IMG/VR virus record: IMGVR_UViG_3300032073_000001
DNA from: an uncultured virus (IMG/VR IMGVR_UViG_3300032073_000001)
Lineage: Duplodnaviria; Heunggongvirae; Uroviricota; Caudoviricetes
DNA length: 64,000 bases
Reading direction: 5' to 3' (one strand)
Notes under the pieces: model-generated
What the model was told of the DNA's origin: nothing
Databases searched by the model: none
What the model saw: the letters and a program-made list of their open reading frames with translations, nothing else
Position numbers and translations under genes: made by a program
In this document: positions 31,461 to 41,328 of the stretch, piece by piece
How positions within the stretch are numbered: the first letter of the stretch is position 1
Layout of the letters: each line of letters begins with the position of its first letter

Positions 31461-32771
31461 TCACATTGGTTCTCCGTCTAGATCTATATTGGTACTGTCC
31501 TTGATACAATCGATCTGCATATTATACTCATCTCGAAAGGTATGATGTATTCGATGTACAATATAATCACCCGTTAGATACATATCCTTTAATCCTGTTG
31601 CATCGATACCTAATGATTTCGGTATATTGATCGTTATTTTTTTACCCGGTGTCATTGTATAGTCTCCGGCCACTGTAATTGTTTGTGCCATCTGTGTGAG
31701 ATTCTCTTTGACCGCTTCACTGATCAATAATGTAGGCGTTGCGGTGCTATGATAGTTATCCAGTTCGTAGGATTTTTTGTTCAATGAAATAAAATAGTGT
31801 TTAGAATCTCTTGTCTGAGAATATTTTATCCCGTCTATATCTGCATTCTCACTAAATGGTTTATTTTTATTTAATTTACACGGATTCTGATTATTATAAT
31901 CATAGAAGAACGTATTATATTCTTTATTACTGTAATCCAACGTATGCATTGTCGATCCATATGCTCCATTATTTACATTGACCAACGGAGAACTGTTCAT
32001 ATCTGATGATAATCTTGTAATCTGCTCCGAAACTTCTTGATAATGTTCGTCCGTACCGATTTTTGTGGTAAGAAATGGTCGCTGAAAATAAATTTTATGG
32101 ACTTCTTCTTCACACATACTCTTATAACTGTCAAATTTTATTCCTTCTGCGGCCGTATCGTAAAAATAAAATGGTGTCTGTCCGTCGAAACTGTTTCTTT
32201 TTAACCATTGTATCGCATCAATCGGAGATATTCGTGGAAAGATACCCTTTAAAATCCCTTTGGTTTCCGTATTTAACTTTCCGATCTTCTTTACCTTCAT
32301 ATCTTTCTTACATATGTCGGCAATCAGAGAACCCAATGATCCTTCGAATGGTCTTACTAATTTTTTTATCGCATCATTGTACATATGCTCTTTAAAACAG
32401 AGTACTCGATAGATTTGTAGACCAGGTTTTGGTCGTACTAATCCGGTTACTTCAGTAATTTTTAAATCAAGATCAAATTTTTTCTTCGTTTTATTATTTT
32501 TTTCTAATGTGGTGTGCTGAATACTTAAAAAAATCTTTTCGTTACCAGTTATCAGTGCGTTCTCTAAAAATTGGATTGCATCTCTTATACCCAATGTGAC
32601 CAAAATAGATTCTGCCTCTAATTCTTCTACAATATCGATCTCTGCGACCAATCCTTTGATATCATATTCTTTACCGGAATTAGAGGTCAAAATACATTGA
32701 TTGACAGTATAGGCCGTTGGTAATATAGCAGAAGAACCTCCTCCCGCTATCATTGATGAATGTTTAGGCAT
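31461..32771 (-). CDS. Baseplate hub protein (gp27-like)
   Basis: 436 aa between gp53 and gp5; FYFYDT..G..F.S and TGDYIVHRIHHTF hub-like motifs. Confidence 0.7.
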   Translation of the reverse strand: MPKHSSMIAGGGSSAILPTAYTVNQCILTSNSGKEYDIKGLVAEIDIVEELEAESILVTLGIRDAIQFLENALITGNEKIFLSIQHTTLEKNNKTKKKFDLDLKITEVTGLVRPKPGLQIYRVLCFKEHMYNDAIKKLVRPFEGSLGSLIADICKKDMKVKKIGKLNTETKGILKGIFPRISPIDAIQWLKRNSFDGQTPFYFYDTAAEGIKFDSYKSMCEEEVHKIYFQRPFLTTKIGTDEHYQEVSEQITRLSSDMNSSPLVNVNNGAYGSTMHTLDYSNKEYNTFFYDYNNQNPCKLNKNKPFSENADIDGIKYSQTRDSKHYFISLNKKSYELDNYHSTATPTLLISEAVKENLTQMAQTITVAGDYTMTPGKKITINIPKSLGIDATGLKDMYLTGDYIVHRIHHTFRDEYNMQIDCIKDSTNIDLDGEPM

Positions 32772-33684
32772 TGATGAGTCTCTCGAATTCTTCTACGAAT
32801 TGTTCAATATATTTTGGTGATATGATTTTTATTTGTGATCGATCAAAATTTAATCCTTCGATATATGCCTGATTCGTTATATAATCTACATTATTCATTG
32901 ATTCTGTTCCCGGAATATTCTCTGATATTTGAATTGGCCTATTTTTTGGATCTATTCCATCATATAATGTATTACCATAAGAATCTGTATTGGATTCTGA
33001 TAAACTATAATAATGATGTGGTGCCATTCGATATTTCCACGATCTATGTGATGAAACACTATCATTCGTCGTTCCACCTATCAATAATTCTGTACTATTT
33101 GAAGCCTGATCAGGATCTCCTAAAAAACCACCCCCAATAATAGAGGAATCATTGTTTCCTGTTATCGGATTTATACCAGCTGTTCCATTTGTTACATTTT
33201 GAATGACAAGTTGACCCATATCTAAATCTTTTTTAACTAATGTTCCTTGTGCACCTGATATAGAACCTGTAATTGTTTCGCCTAATACAAATCTACCCGA
33301 TAACGAGTTAGGATATCCTGTTATTGCATTATCAGTATTTCTATCGAGTGGTACAAATGTTTTAGTATTTAAAGCATATCCTTCAAATTCTATGGCCATA
33401 TATTCTTGGAGATCTTCTTGGGACATAGGCCAAACACCTAAACCGTCATGAAGAAACTCATTGATTACAAAAAATGTCCAATAATAATCAGTTGTACCAT
33501 ATAATCTTTCTGACATTCTATCTGGTCGTTCACCATTTTGTACGGTTTCTAATTTATATACGGTTGTATTGTCAACTTTATAACCTTCAGGCCTTACAGA
33601 TCTATAGATATCAATAACGTTTTGTAGCACCCCATCGCGATTAAAATCATATTGTTGTGTTGGAAATAATTTAAAAAATGCCAT
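32764..33684 (-). CDS. gp53: Baseplate wedge subunit gp53
   Basis: FFKLFP...Y start, GERPD.MSERLYG...YYWTFFVIN LysM-like motif, WPMS, IKIISP.YI..FVEEF end. Confidence 0.88.
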   Translation of the reverse strand: MAFFKLFPTQQYDFNRDGVLQNVIDIYRSVRPEGYKVDNTTVYKLETVQNGERPDRMSERLYGTTDYYWTFFVINEFLHDGLGVWPMSQEDLQEYMAIEFEGYALNTKTFVPLDRNTDNAITGYPNSLSGRFVLGETITGSISGAQGTLVKKDLDMGQLVIQNVTNGTAGINPITGNNDSSIIGGGFLGDPDQASNSTELLIGGTTNDSVSSHRSWKYRMAPHHYYSLSESNTDSYGNTLYDGIDPKNRPIQISENIPGTESMNNVDYITNQAYIEGLNFDRSQIKIISPKYIEQFVEEFERLINA

Positions 33685-34562
33685 TATGGAGTCCCCGGAG
33701 TCGTATTATTTTTATCTTTTTCTTCTTGTTTTTTCTTATCTGTATCTTGTTTTATTCCTTCATTCACATCTGATTCAGTATCAGTAGCGTCGGATTGCAT
33801 ACCATCTCTACCCTTTCTATAATATTTAAGACCAGTACCATATAAATCATTACGTGTAAGAGTTTTACTTTCTGATATACTAAGAGAAAGATTTGTTTCT
33901 ACCGGTGCACCATCATCGTGGTACATTTGATTACTATCATTATATGTCACAGATAAACCTGTAATAAAAGAATCCATAATCATTGGTAAAAATTCTGATT
34001 CACTTTCTCCGTCCCAGAATTGTGTACGCAACATTGGTGGATATTTTAAAGAAAATACCCCTGCTGTTTCTGCATACATATTTTTTCTGAACCAATTTTC
34101 TATCCATTTAATTGTTTCTGCTTCTTCTTTTGATTCTGAGACAAATTGAAATTCGAATTGAAATGTTCTTGGGGACATACCTTCAAATGCTAAATTTGTA
34201 AATGGATTAAGTGCAACCCCTCTATTCATTCCTAATTCTGTAGCTGCAGCTTCTAGTGTTCCACCAATATTTCCAGCTAATTCAATTGATTTTGCTGCTA
34301 CATCTGATTCACTTAATTGAGTTCCACTTCCAGGTGGTCCATCAGATTTTAAAGATCTTAGTGCTTTAACACTACCTAAATCCACACCAGTATATGATGC
34401 TCCATCACTGACTGAAAGTGCTTTTGGAAGATATAAAAATACCATTTGACCCATATTATTAGGATTATTATCGTGTTTCAGCTGAAAACTCATATACGGT
34501 TGTGAAGCGGTATTTGCTGCTTCTCGCAAAGATTCAGGATATGAATATATTGGTTTTGCCAT
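33684..34562 (-). CDS. gp48: Baseplate tail-tube cap gp48
   Basis: LYLP, NP...LAFEG..PRTFQFEF, E...I..I..WFRK.M, YPP, DGAPVE..LSLS..E motifs. Confidence 0.85.
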   Translation of the reverse strand: MAKPIYSYPESLREAANTASQPYMSFQLKHDNNPNNMGQMVFLYLPKALSVSDGASYTGVDLGSVKALRSLKSDGPPGSGTQLSESDVAAKSIELAGNIGGTLEAAATELGMNRGVALNPFTNLAFEGMSPRTFQFEFQFVSESKEEAETIKWIENWFRKNMYAETAGVFSLKYPPMLRTQFWDGESESEFLPMIMDSFITGLSVTYNDSNQMYHDDGAPVETNLSLSISESKTLTRNDLYGTGLKYYRKGRDGMQSDATDTESDVNEGIKQDTDKKKQEEKDKNNTTPGTP

Positions 34563-34573
34563 ATTTTTACCTA

Positions 34574-34581
34574 TATAAATA
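34574..34581 (+). promoter_or_regulatory. T4-type late promoter TATAAATA (for gp4)
   Basis: Exact consensus upstream of gp4. Confidence 0.8.
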
Positions 34582-34605
34582 GAATTATATTATTAACTAT
34601 GGTAC

Positions 34606-34613
34606 TATTTATA
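34606..34613 (-). promoter_or_regulatory. T4-type late promoter TATAAATA (for gp48 operon)
   Basis: Exact consensus on minus strand, touching the gp4 start codon. Confidence 0.8.
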
Positions 34614-35059
34614 TGAGTTACAAAGGCAAATACACAATAAAATATCCGGATAAGTACATTGGAGATCCTAAATCGATTGTATATCGATCATTATGGGAAC
34701 GACAATGTTTTAAATGGTGTGAAAGTAATCCGCGAGTAAGAGGTTGGAATTCAGAAGAGATCGTTATTCCATATATGTCAGATGTAGATGGACGTTTACA
34801 TCGATATTATGTCGATTTATTGATTGTAATGGAGAATGATGAAGTCTTTTTAGTTGAAATAAAACCTAAAAAACAAACTCAACCACCTAAAAAACCTAAA
34901 AGAAAGACAAAGAAATATGCTCAAGAAGTGGCAACCTATATTACAAATACAAATAAATGGGGTGCTGCACAAAAGTTTGCTGAACAAAAGGAATGGAAAT
35001 TTCAGATATGGACAGAAGAAACTTTAAAGAATTTAGGTATCAAACTACTAAAGGGATGA
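34613..35059 (+). CDS. gp4: Head completion nuclease gp4
   Basis: YKGKY...P.KY.GD...IVYRSLWE, W.SEE..IPY, HRYYVD, LVEIKP, NKW.AA motifs. Confidence 0.95.
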   Translation: MSYKGKYTIKYPDKYIGDPKSIVYRSLWERQCFKWCESNPRVRGWNSEEIVIPYMSDVDGRLHRYYVDLLIVMENDEVFLVEIKPKKQTQPPKKPKRKTKKYAQEVATYITNTNKWGAAQKFAEQKEWKFQIWTEETLKNLGIKLLKG

Positions 35060-35067
35060 TATAAATA
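35060..35067 (+). promoter_or_regulatory. T4-type late promoter TATAAATA
   Basis: Exact consensus, 5 nt upstream of gp2 ATG. Confidence 0.85.
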
Positions 35068-35072
35068 GATCT

Positions 35073-35681
35073 ATGGCAAGTTTATTCGATCAATTACAAG
35101 CGGGAGCATCACGTAGTCAAATCAGATTAAATTCTGGTGAGGCTAAAAAATGGTTCCAAAAGAAAGTTAGAGCTCTCGGTAAAGTATCTCCACAAAGAGT
35201 ACTGAAAGATGAGGCTATGGAAGATGCGTCAGTTGCAGAATTAAACAAAACTGGTGCAATTGGTAGTATGTACATGTATTTCTATGATCCAAAACATAAG
35301 AAAACATTACCGTATTACGATAGATTTCCACTTACAATCGTAGTTGGACCTGCACCTGGTGGTTTTTATGGACTTAATTTACATTACTTATCACCTGTTG
35401 TCCGAGCTAGATTTTTAGATCAGCTTATGTCGTTATCTCCGGCAAAAATGACAAACAAATCAAGATTGAATAAATTACGTTATAATTTGTTACAAAGTAC
35501 AAAGAAATATAAAGAATTCGAACCATGCTATAGACATTATTTAATGCCTAAAGTTAAAACTAATCTCGTGAGAGTTCCAATGACTGATTGGGAAATAGCA
35601 ATATTCTTACCAACTGAACAGTTTGCTAAAGTTTCCAAAGAAACAGTTTGGAGATATTCACGTAAAGCATACGCAGGATAA
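35073..35681 (+). CDS. gp2: DNA end protector gp2
   Basis: YDPKHKKTLPYYDRFPL, FYGLNLHYL, W..AIFLP...F motifs. Confidence 0.95.
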   Translation: MASLFDQLQAGASRSQIRLNSGEAKKWFQKKVRALGKVSPQRVLKDEAMEDASVAELNKTGAIGSMYMYFYDPKHKKTLPYYDRFPLTIVVGPAPGGFYGLNLHYLSPVVRARFLDQLMSLSPAKMTNKSRLNKLRYNLLQSTKKYKEFEPCYRHYLMPKVKTNLVRVPMTDWEIAIFLPTEQFAKVSKETVWRYSRKAYAG

Positions 35682-35683
35682 AA

Positions 35684-36343
35684 ATGAACATAGATACAAT
35701 GAAAGCAATGATATCCAAAAAGGGTGGATTAGCTCAAACTAATAGATTTTTAGTTATGATGACCGCTCCTAAGGTTTCGCTTCTTAATACAGATCCTTCA
35801 GTATTATTAGGAACTCTTGCTTCAGGTGGAGGAATTGGAAATTTATTCAATGATCCACGTGATATATCAATGTTAGCTAAATCAGTACAAATACCTGGTA
35901 GAAATTTATCAACTCTCGATAAAAGAATAGGTAAACAATCAATGAAAATACCTTATGATTATATTGATGCTGATGTTGCTATGACGTTTTATTTAACAAA
36001 CGATATGTATGCTCGAAGATATTTCGCAGATTGGTTAGGTTGCATCGTTGATCCTGATAGATATAGAATGGGTTATAAAAAAGATTATGCAACAGATATA
36101 CAAATTATACAACTCAATCAAAAGAATTTCCCGATATTTGGATGCACATTAGAAAATGCATATCCTATGGATATATCGGCAATAGATTTGGATGCTTCTA
36201 CTGACAGTGGCATTCAAGATATGACAGTTAATTTCGCGTATGATAAATACAAAGAATTAGACGCGTCACTTGACAGCTTAACTTCCGTTGTTGATACTGT
36301 TTTGCCACAGATTCAAAACACTTTAAGCTTAATTTCATCATAA
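35684..36343 (+). CDS. gp54: Baseplate tail-tube initiator gp54 (tail tube family)
   Basis: GGLA..NRF.V, V.IPGR, F..W...I, L.NAYP, V.FAY motifs; synteny before gp26. Confidence 0.8.
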   Translation: MNIDTMKAMISKKGGLAQTNRFLVMMTAPKVSLLNTDPSVLLGTLASGGGIGNLFNDPRDISMLAKSVQIPGRNLSTLDKRIGKQSMKIPYDYIDADVAMTFYLTNDMYARRYFADWLGCIVDPDRYRMGYKKDYATDIQIIQLNQKNFPIFGCTLENAYPMDISAIDLDASTDSGIQDMTVNFAYDKYKELDASLDSLTSVVDTVLPQIQNTLSLISS

Positions 36344-36358
36344 TAGGAGAATAATATT

Positions 36359-37069
36359 ATGGCATTACCAAAACTGAATACCTCTAAGTTTCTAACGACA
36401 ATTCCGTCGACAGGACAAGAGGTTGAATATAGACCGTACCTTGTAAAGGAAGAAAAGGTACTAATGATGGCACTTGAAACGAAAGATCAGTCCCAAATAG
36501 TAAGAGCAACTGCTCAAGTTATTAAAGACTGTATTACACAAAACATTGATTCGGATAAACTGACAATGTTTGACGTAGAGTACTTATTTTTACAATTAAG
36601 AGCTAAATCATCAGGCGAGATTATTGATTTAAAATTACCATGTGAAGTTGAATCATGTAAACATGTAAATAATTTCTCTGTTGATATTAGTAAGGTAGAA
36701 CCACCTGTTATAACGGACATCGAACCAATTGATTTAACACCTTCTATCGGTGTTCAAATGAGATGGCCCGGTGTACTTGATCTTCAAGGTGTATCTAATG
36801 AAGAATTAGTTACTGTTGAAGGAGCTACAAAGCTATTTCAAAAGTTAATTGTAAATATTTATGAAGAAGATGATATGCACGATGCAGCTGATGAATCAGA
36901 AGAAGATTTAACAGCATTTGTAGAGAGTCTTAATACTCAACAATTTACAAAGCTAACTGCATTTTTAAACGAAGTACCTACACTCGAATATAACACCGGT
37001 TTTAGTTGCGCAAAATGCCAACATGAAACTAAAGTAGAATTAAGGGGATTACAAAGTTTTTTTACATAA
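36359..37069 (+). CDS. gp26: Baseplate hub assembly protein gp26
   Basis: MALPKL...IPSTG..V.YRPYLVKEEK.L.MA.E, FD.EYLFLQLRAKS.GE, two Cys pairs, GLQSFF end. Confidence 0.9.
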   Translation: MALPKLNTSKFLTTIPSTGQEVEYRPYLVKEEKVLMMALETKDQSQIVRATAQVIKDCITQNIDSDKLTMFDVEYLFLQLRAKSSGEIIDLKLPCEVESCKHVNNFSVDISKVEPPVITDIEPIDLTPSIGVQMRWPGVLDLQGVSNEELVTVEGATKLFQKLIVNIYEEDDMHDAADESEEDLTAFVESLNTQQFTKLTAFLNEVPTLEYNTGFSCAKCQHETKVELRGLQSFFT

Positions 37070-37116
37070 GCCTCTCTCACGATAATCTTGTAAACCATTA
37101 TAAGACTAATTTCGCG

Positions 37117-37257
37117 ATGATGCAGCATCACCAATACAGTTTAACTGAATTGGACAATATGCTACCATGGGAACGTGAGGTTTATATAACTCTTTTACAG
37201 AATTGGATTAAGGAAGAAAACGAAAGAATCGCCAAAGAAAATGCAAAGAGGAAATAA
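37117..37257 (+). CDS. gp51: Baseplate hub assembly catalyst gp51 (probably expressed as a -1 frameshift fusion to gp26)
   Basis: MMQHHQYSLTELDNMLPWEREVYITLL; the frame stays open upstream to the T7 run at 37057-37063; missed by the ORF track (<60 aa). Confidence 0.85.
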   Translation: MMQHHQYSLTELDNMLPWEREVYITLLQNWIKEENERIAKENAKRK

Positions 37258-37259
37258 TA

Positions 37260-37640
37260 ATGGCTAAAGAAGACCAATTTTCGGGAGATATGTCCCGTAA
37301 TGAAGTTGAAATAGATCTGAAAAAATTTATGGCTATGGTCACCGAAATAGGTGAATTGAAACAAGAAATATTTGAATTAACACATGACGATAAAAAGAAT
37401 CCATGGCAAAAATGGATTTTCGCTGCTAAAACATTAGATGCATGGAGACTTATACCAAGAGCGTTCTTAGGTATATACATGTATTTGCTGTATTACGCAA
37501 CATTCTGGTTTATGGAATTACCAGAACCAACGCTCGAACAATCGGGTTTGATATCAATATTAGTAGGTGCTGGAGCTGCATGGTTTGGACTATATGTTAA
37601 TAGTGCTGCGAAAGAACACGGCGATAATAACCCTAACTAG
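37260..37640 (+). CDS. Two-TM membrane protein, holin-like
   Basis: 126 aa; hydrophobic LIPRAFLGIYMYLLYYATFWFM and SGLISILVGAGAAWFGLYV segments. Confidence 0.6.
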   Translation: MAKEDQFSGDMSRNEVEIDLKKFMAMVTEIGELKQEIFELTHDDKKNPWQKWIFAAKTLDAWRLIPRAFLGIYMYLLYYATFWFMELPEPTLEQSGLISILVGAGAAWFGLYVNSAAKEHGDNNPN

Positions 37641-37650
37641 GAAATAACTC

Positions 37651-39552
37651 ATGGCAGACGATCCAAAAAAGATAGCAGCTGAAAAACAAAAAATAGCTGC
37701 TCAAAAGGCAAAAATTAAGGCAGAAAAACTCCATCAAAAACGAATGGAGAATGATGCCAAGTATCGTCATGACTATGAGATTGAATCTAAAAAACAGTGG
37801 CGAGAAACACGTAGAGAAAATTCCGCGAAAGAACAGGAAATATTAGACCAAAAGTCGGTAAATGAACGCAATTGGACTGATATGCGTGCAAAAGATTTAC
37901 ATGAAGCTACTAAGAAACGTAAAGAGGCCGAAGATGCATATAGAGCAGATCTTAATGAATCTAAGGCCGAACGTTCTAAAGCAGGTGAATTAGCCGAAAA
38001 ATTACAACAAGAAAAAGAATCTGTCGGTAAAAGCGCAGATGCTGTAGCTCTTGAAAAACAATTAGATAAACTTGGTGGTGTATTAGGATCAAATTCTACA
38101 GAACAATCTAATGCGCTTATATCTGAATTTAAATCTATTAAAGGTCAATTAGATAATCCAGATTTAAATCCGTTAGAACGCGAAGTTCTAACTGCAGAAC
38201 TTGATCAAATAGCTAAAGGCGCAGACGCAGAAGAAGAGCGCAGAGAAAAACAAAAAGAAGTTGATGACTCACAATCAGTATTATTGCGTATAGCCAATGG
38301 TACGAATAAAATGGCAGCTGGATTTGATAGTTTCAGAGATGGTTTGCTTAAGGGTGGAGGAATCATAGCAGCATTAGGAGCAATAGCTCTTATATTCTTT
38401 GATCCAGAAACCTTAATGAAGGGTGTTACAATAGCACTCGAAAAGATCAATGAAATCGTTGCGGCCGTAGGTAAAATAATTGACGGTGATTGGAAAGGTG
38501 GACTTAATGATTTATTAGGTTTTGCTGGTGATAATAAACTAATAATTGCAGGAGTTGCATTATTATTTGGTGGTAGTATTCTACGTGGACTTGGATCTAT
38601 GTTTACTACAGCAAAAAGTTTAAGTGGATTTATTGGTAAAGTTAGCAAAGTAATTAAAACAGTATCTCTTGCGCTAAGAGCCGCAGCTCTTGCAAGTGCA
38701 ACTGCTATGGGTAGTATGTTAACTGGAATGATCGCGTTCTTAGCACCATTTGCAATTCCTATCGCTATCGCTGCAGGTATTGCATTAATAGTTGCCGGTA
38801 TAGGTTATGCTTTAACTAAACTAAGAGACGCATTAGGATTTACTTCTGTATTTGATGTAATTATGTTAGGTGTAGCATATCTAAAAGATGGCTTTGCTCA
38901 CGTTGGTAATGTCGTGATTGATATTTACAATAAAATAATGGATATCATAGGTGGATTTGCATCATGGCTAGGTTTTGATTTACCTGATCTAAAAATGAAG
39001 CGCCTAAGTACCGATAATGCAGAGAGGAAAAAGACAGAATTAGAAGAAAAGGCTCGAGCTGAAGCCGCAGAAAAAGCTAAAGCAAAAGAAATTGAGGAAC
39101 ACGAAGTTCAAAATGAACTTATGGGTGCAAATTTTAATAAATTAAACGATGGTGTTCCAAGCGGTGTTAATATTGGCCCGATGTCAGAAGATGAATTAAA
39201 TCAAATAGAAATACTTAATTCTCAATCTGCTATAGAAGAAGCTTCAGGAGCTCAAGCACAAGATAAGATGTTAAACGATCTTGGTGTTATTAATGTTGAT
39301 CCTGCTCCGTTAAATAGATTACAAGCAGTCCAAAATAAGAAAATATTAAACGCCGAAAAACTGATGAATGACGAAGCTGATCTTGCAACTGCAAGAGAAA
39401 AAGCTGGTGTAGCAGCTGCTACTGCTATTGTTACTACAAACCAGAATCAGTCCAGTGTTGATAATAGTAGTAGAGTAAACGTAATTAATAACTTTGCAAA
39501 TCCAGGAGCTAGTACAAAACTTACTGGCGGTGCACGCGTACCGCGGAGATAA
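37651..39552 (+). CDS. gp29: Tape measure protein (gp29-like)
   Basis: 633 aa; charged coiled-coil N-half, central Ala/Gly-rich hydrophobic helices; follows gp26/gp51. Confidence 0.75.
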   Translation: MADDPKKIAAEKQKIAAQKAKIKAEKLHQKRMENDAKYRHDYEIESKKQWRETRRENSAKEQEILDQKSVNERNWTDMRAKDLHEATKKRKEAEDAYRADLNESKAERSKAGELAEKLQQEKESVGKSADAVALEKQLDKLGGVLGSNSTEQSNALISEFKSIKGQLDNPDLNPLEREVLTAELDQIAKGADAEEERREKQKEVDDSQSVLLRIANGTNKMAAGFDSFRDGLLKGGGIIAALGAIALIFFDPETLMKGVTIALEKINEIVAAVGKIIDGDWKGGLNDLLGFAGDNKLIIAGVALLFGGSILRGLGSMFTTAKSLSGFIGKVSKVIKTVSLALRAAALASATAMGSMLTGMIAFLAPFAIPIAIAAGIALIVAGIGYALTKLRDALGFTSVFDVIMLGVAYLKDGFAHVGNVVIDIYNKIMDIIGGFASWLGFDLPDLKMKRLSTDNAERKKTELEEKARAEAAEKAKAKEIEEHEVQNELMGANFNKLNDGVPSGVNIGPMSEDELNQIEILNSQSAIEEASGAQAQDKMLNDLGVINVDPAPLNRLQAVQNKKILNAEKLMNDEADLATAREKAGVAAATAIVTTNQNQSSVDNSSRVNVINNFANPGASTKLTGGARVPRR

Positions 39553-39576
39553 AAAAAAGGCCTCATTCGAGGCCTT
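39551..39576 (-). terminator. Rho-independent terminator between convergent gp32 and tape measure genes
   Basis: Stem AAGGCCTC/GAGGCCTT with 4-nt loop, followed by a U-tract on the minus strand. Confidence 0.85.
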
Positions 39577-39633
39577 GAAAAAACATATTCTATTTTATTC
39601 TATAAGGATGTGTCCTACTTAAAGGATCTCTCC

Positions 39634-40521
39634 CTAACTATCTTGTGCGAGTTTCGCGAAATAGCTCATTGTATCATCAGCACTTTCTGCAGATTCAGGT
39701 TCCGGAGCTTCAACAAAATTTGTTGTAACTGCAGGCGCTGAAGGCATTTCAGTTGCTTCCATACTAACTCCAGCGGTAACACCAAGAACTCTATTCAATT
39801 TAGCTTTAAGCTCATCGTAGCTCTTATAGTTACTAGGATTAGTGAACTCATTAAGTGAATGGAGTTTACCATACAACTCTTCGAGTTTCGCATCATCTCC
39901 GCCATGGACGGCAGATGGTGTAGCAAAATCAGACTTATCGTAATTAGTCCAACCTTCTACTTTACGAATTTTAATCCTAAAGTCAGCACCTTCCCAAAAA
40001 TCAAATGGATTGATAGGATCTTCGTCAGCGAATTGAGGTTGCATAATATCCATCACTTTATCAAAGATTTTCTTACCAAATTTATAAAGGAAAACTTTTC
40101 CTTCATTTTCTGGATTAGCAGAATCTGAGACAACCATAATGTTAGACACGTGGTGTAACCTTCTTTTTCTCTCACGAGCAAGTTGCTTATCTTCGTCTCT
40201 ACCAGTATTCCATAATTCTGAATTCATTTCTGAAACAGGATCAGGTTGGTTGATTGAAGTCAAGCTATTTTCGATATACCATAGACCATTCGGGCCTTTA
40301 AAGCCATGATCCCAATATCGTACCCAAGGTAAATCTTCACCTTCTTTCGCAGGTAAAAATCTAATAACGGCGTAACCATTACCAGCTTTATCTTGAGTTG
40401 GTTTCCAAAACCTATCATCTACATAAGATTTAGTTTCGGCTTTAGTGGAAACAGCTTCCGCTGCCTGTACGAGTTTGTCGATAGACGAGCCTCGCGAGCT
40501 CTTTAAGTTTGCAAAAGACAT
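39634..40521 (-). CDS. gp32: Single-stranded DNA-binding protein gp32
   Basis: DDRFWKP..DKAGNGYAVIRFLP, WYIENSLT, GKVFLYKFGKKIFDK, FD.WEGADF, NYDKS, acidic tail ending YFAKLA. Confidence 0.97.
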   Translation of the reverse strand: MSFANLKSSRGSSIDKLVQAAEAVSTKAETKSYVDDRFWKPTQDKAGNGYAVIRFLPAKEGEDLPWVRYWDHGFKGPNGLWYIENSLTSINQPDPVSEMNSELWNTGRDEDKQLARERKRRLHHVSNIMVVSDSANPENEGKVFLYKFGKKIFDKVMDIMQPQFADEDPINPFDFWEGADFRIKIRKVEGWTNYDKSDFATPSAVHGGDDAKLEELYGKLHSLNEFTNPSNYKSYDELKAKLNRVLGVTAGVSMEATEMPSAPAVTTNFVEAPEPESAESADDTMSYFAKLAQDS

Positions 40522-40570
40522 ATTATTCTCCGTTGTATTGCGTTATATTTACAGTGTATTTCACTCATAT

Positions 40571-41167
40571 TCATAATATAATATTCTTCACTATTTCCTT
40601 ACAGCTAACTGCTTGGAACTTAATGAATGGTTCATATTTCGTAACTTTCCGTTTTATACTTGGCCACATAATGGTTTCAGTAATATTCTTCGATTCACGA
40701 TCTATAAACCCTAAGATTGCATTCAGAATTACGATTGTTTCCAATTGTATTTCATCCTGCAACCAAAGTTTGATAACTATAGGATGTTGTCCATCTTTAC
40801 TTTCTAGTATAGTGTCAAAGTTGTATGCGTTAACATCTATATAGTTACCTAATGTATTTATATCTTTTTCAAAGCTATAGTGTAAAGATTCATGAAACTT
40901 TTTCATTTTCATAAAGTTCTTTTCACCATCTTCATTTATCATATCACCGACGTAAGATACGTCATTTATAAAATTAGATACAAAATACATTTTTAATTCT
41001 TTGCCATGATGTTTCGCCAACTTAGCAAAGAAAAACTTGTCCTTCCTTTTAAAGAATGATTTAGATGATACATTTGATTTAAAATTGTATTTAACTGCAT
41101 CATATGAATCACTCTCAAAGTGAAGCTTTAAAGCATTGTATAATTTGTATGATTCAAAAGGATCCAT
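40571..41167 (-). CDS. gp59: Helicase loader gp59
   Basis: YKLY.ALKLHF...YD..KY, F.KRKDKFFF.KL, HP, I.LET..IL; ATG at 41167 coupled to the upstream small ORF. Confidence 0.9.
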   Translation of the reverse strand: MDPFESYKLYNALKLHFESDSYDAVKYNFKSNVSSKSFFKRKDKFFFAKLAKHHGKELKMYFVSNFINDVSYVGDMINEDGEKNFMKMKKFHESLHYSFEKDINTLGNYIDVNAYNFDTILESKDGQHPIVIKLWLQDEIQLETIVILNAILGFIDRESKNITETIMWPSIKRKVTKYEPFIKFQAVSCKEIVKNIIL

Positions 41168-41328
41168 TACCAACCTTTAACAATATTAGCCATAATCAAC
41201 ATGGCACACATTAGATTAACTAATAGTACTACTGTTCGAATGATAGTAATTTGGTCCTCTACAGGTTTGGTATCTTCATCATTAAAAGATCCAAGTGCAT
41301 ATTTCCAAATTTGCCAGAATCGTTTCAT
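41167..41328 (-). CDS. Small membrane protein
   Basis: 53 aa MKRFWQIWKYALGSFNDED...IIRTVVLLVNLMCAMLIMANIVKGW; coupled to gp33 (ATGA) and gp59 (TAATG); not in ORF track. Confidence 0.7.
   Translation of the reverse strand: MKRFWQIWKYALGSFNDEDTKPVEDQITIIRTVVLLVNLMCAMLIMANIVKGW

Noticed and set aside
39600..39634. Two tiny hairpins (AGGA-TGTG-TCCT and neighbour) after the gp32 stop
   Set aside because: Stems of only 4 bp; too weak to support a call
18768..40521. Introns, inteins or stop-codon recoding in core genes
   Set aside because: Core genes are uninterrupted and of plausible length under the standard code; no splicing motifs seen
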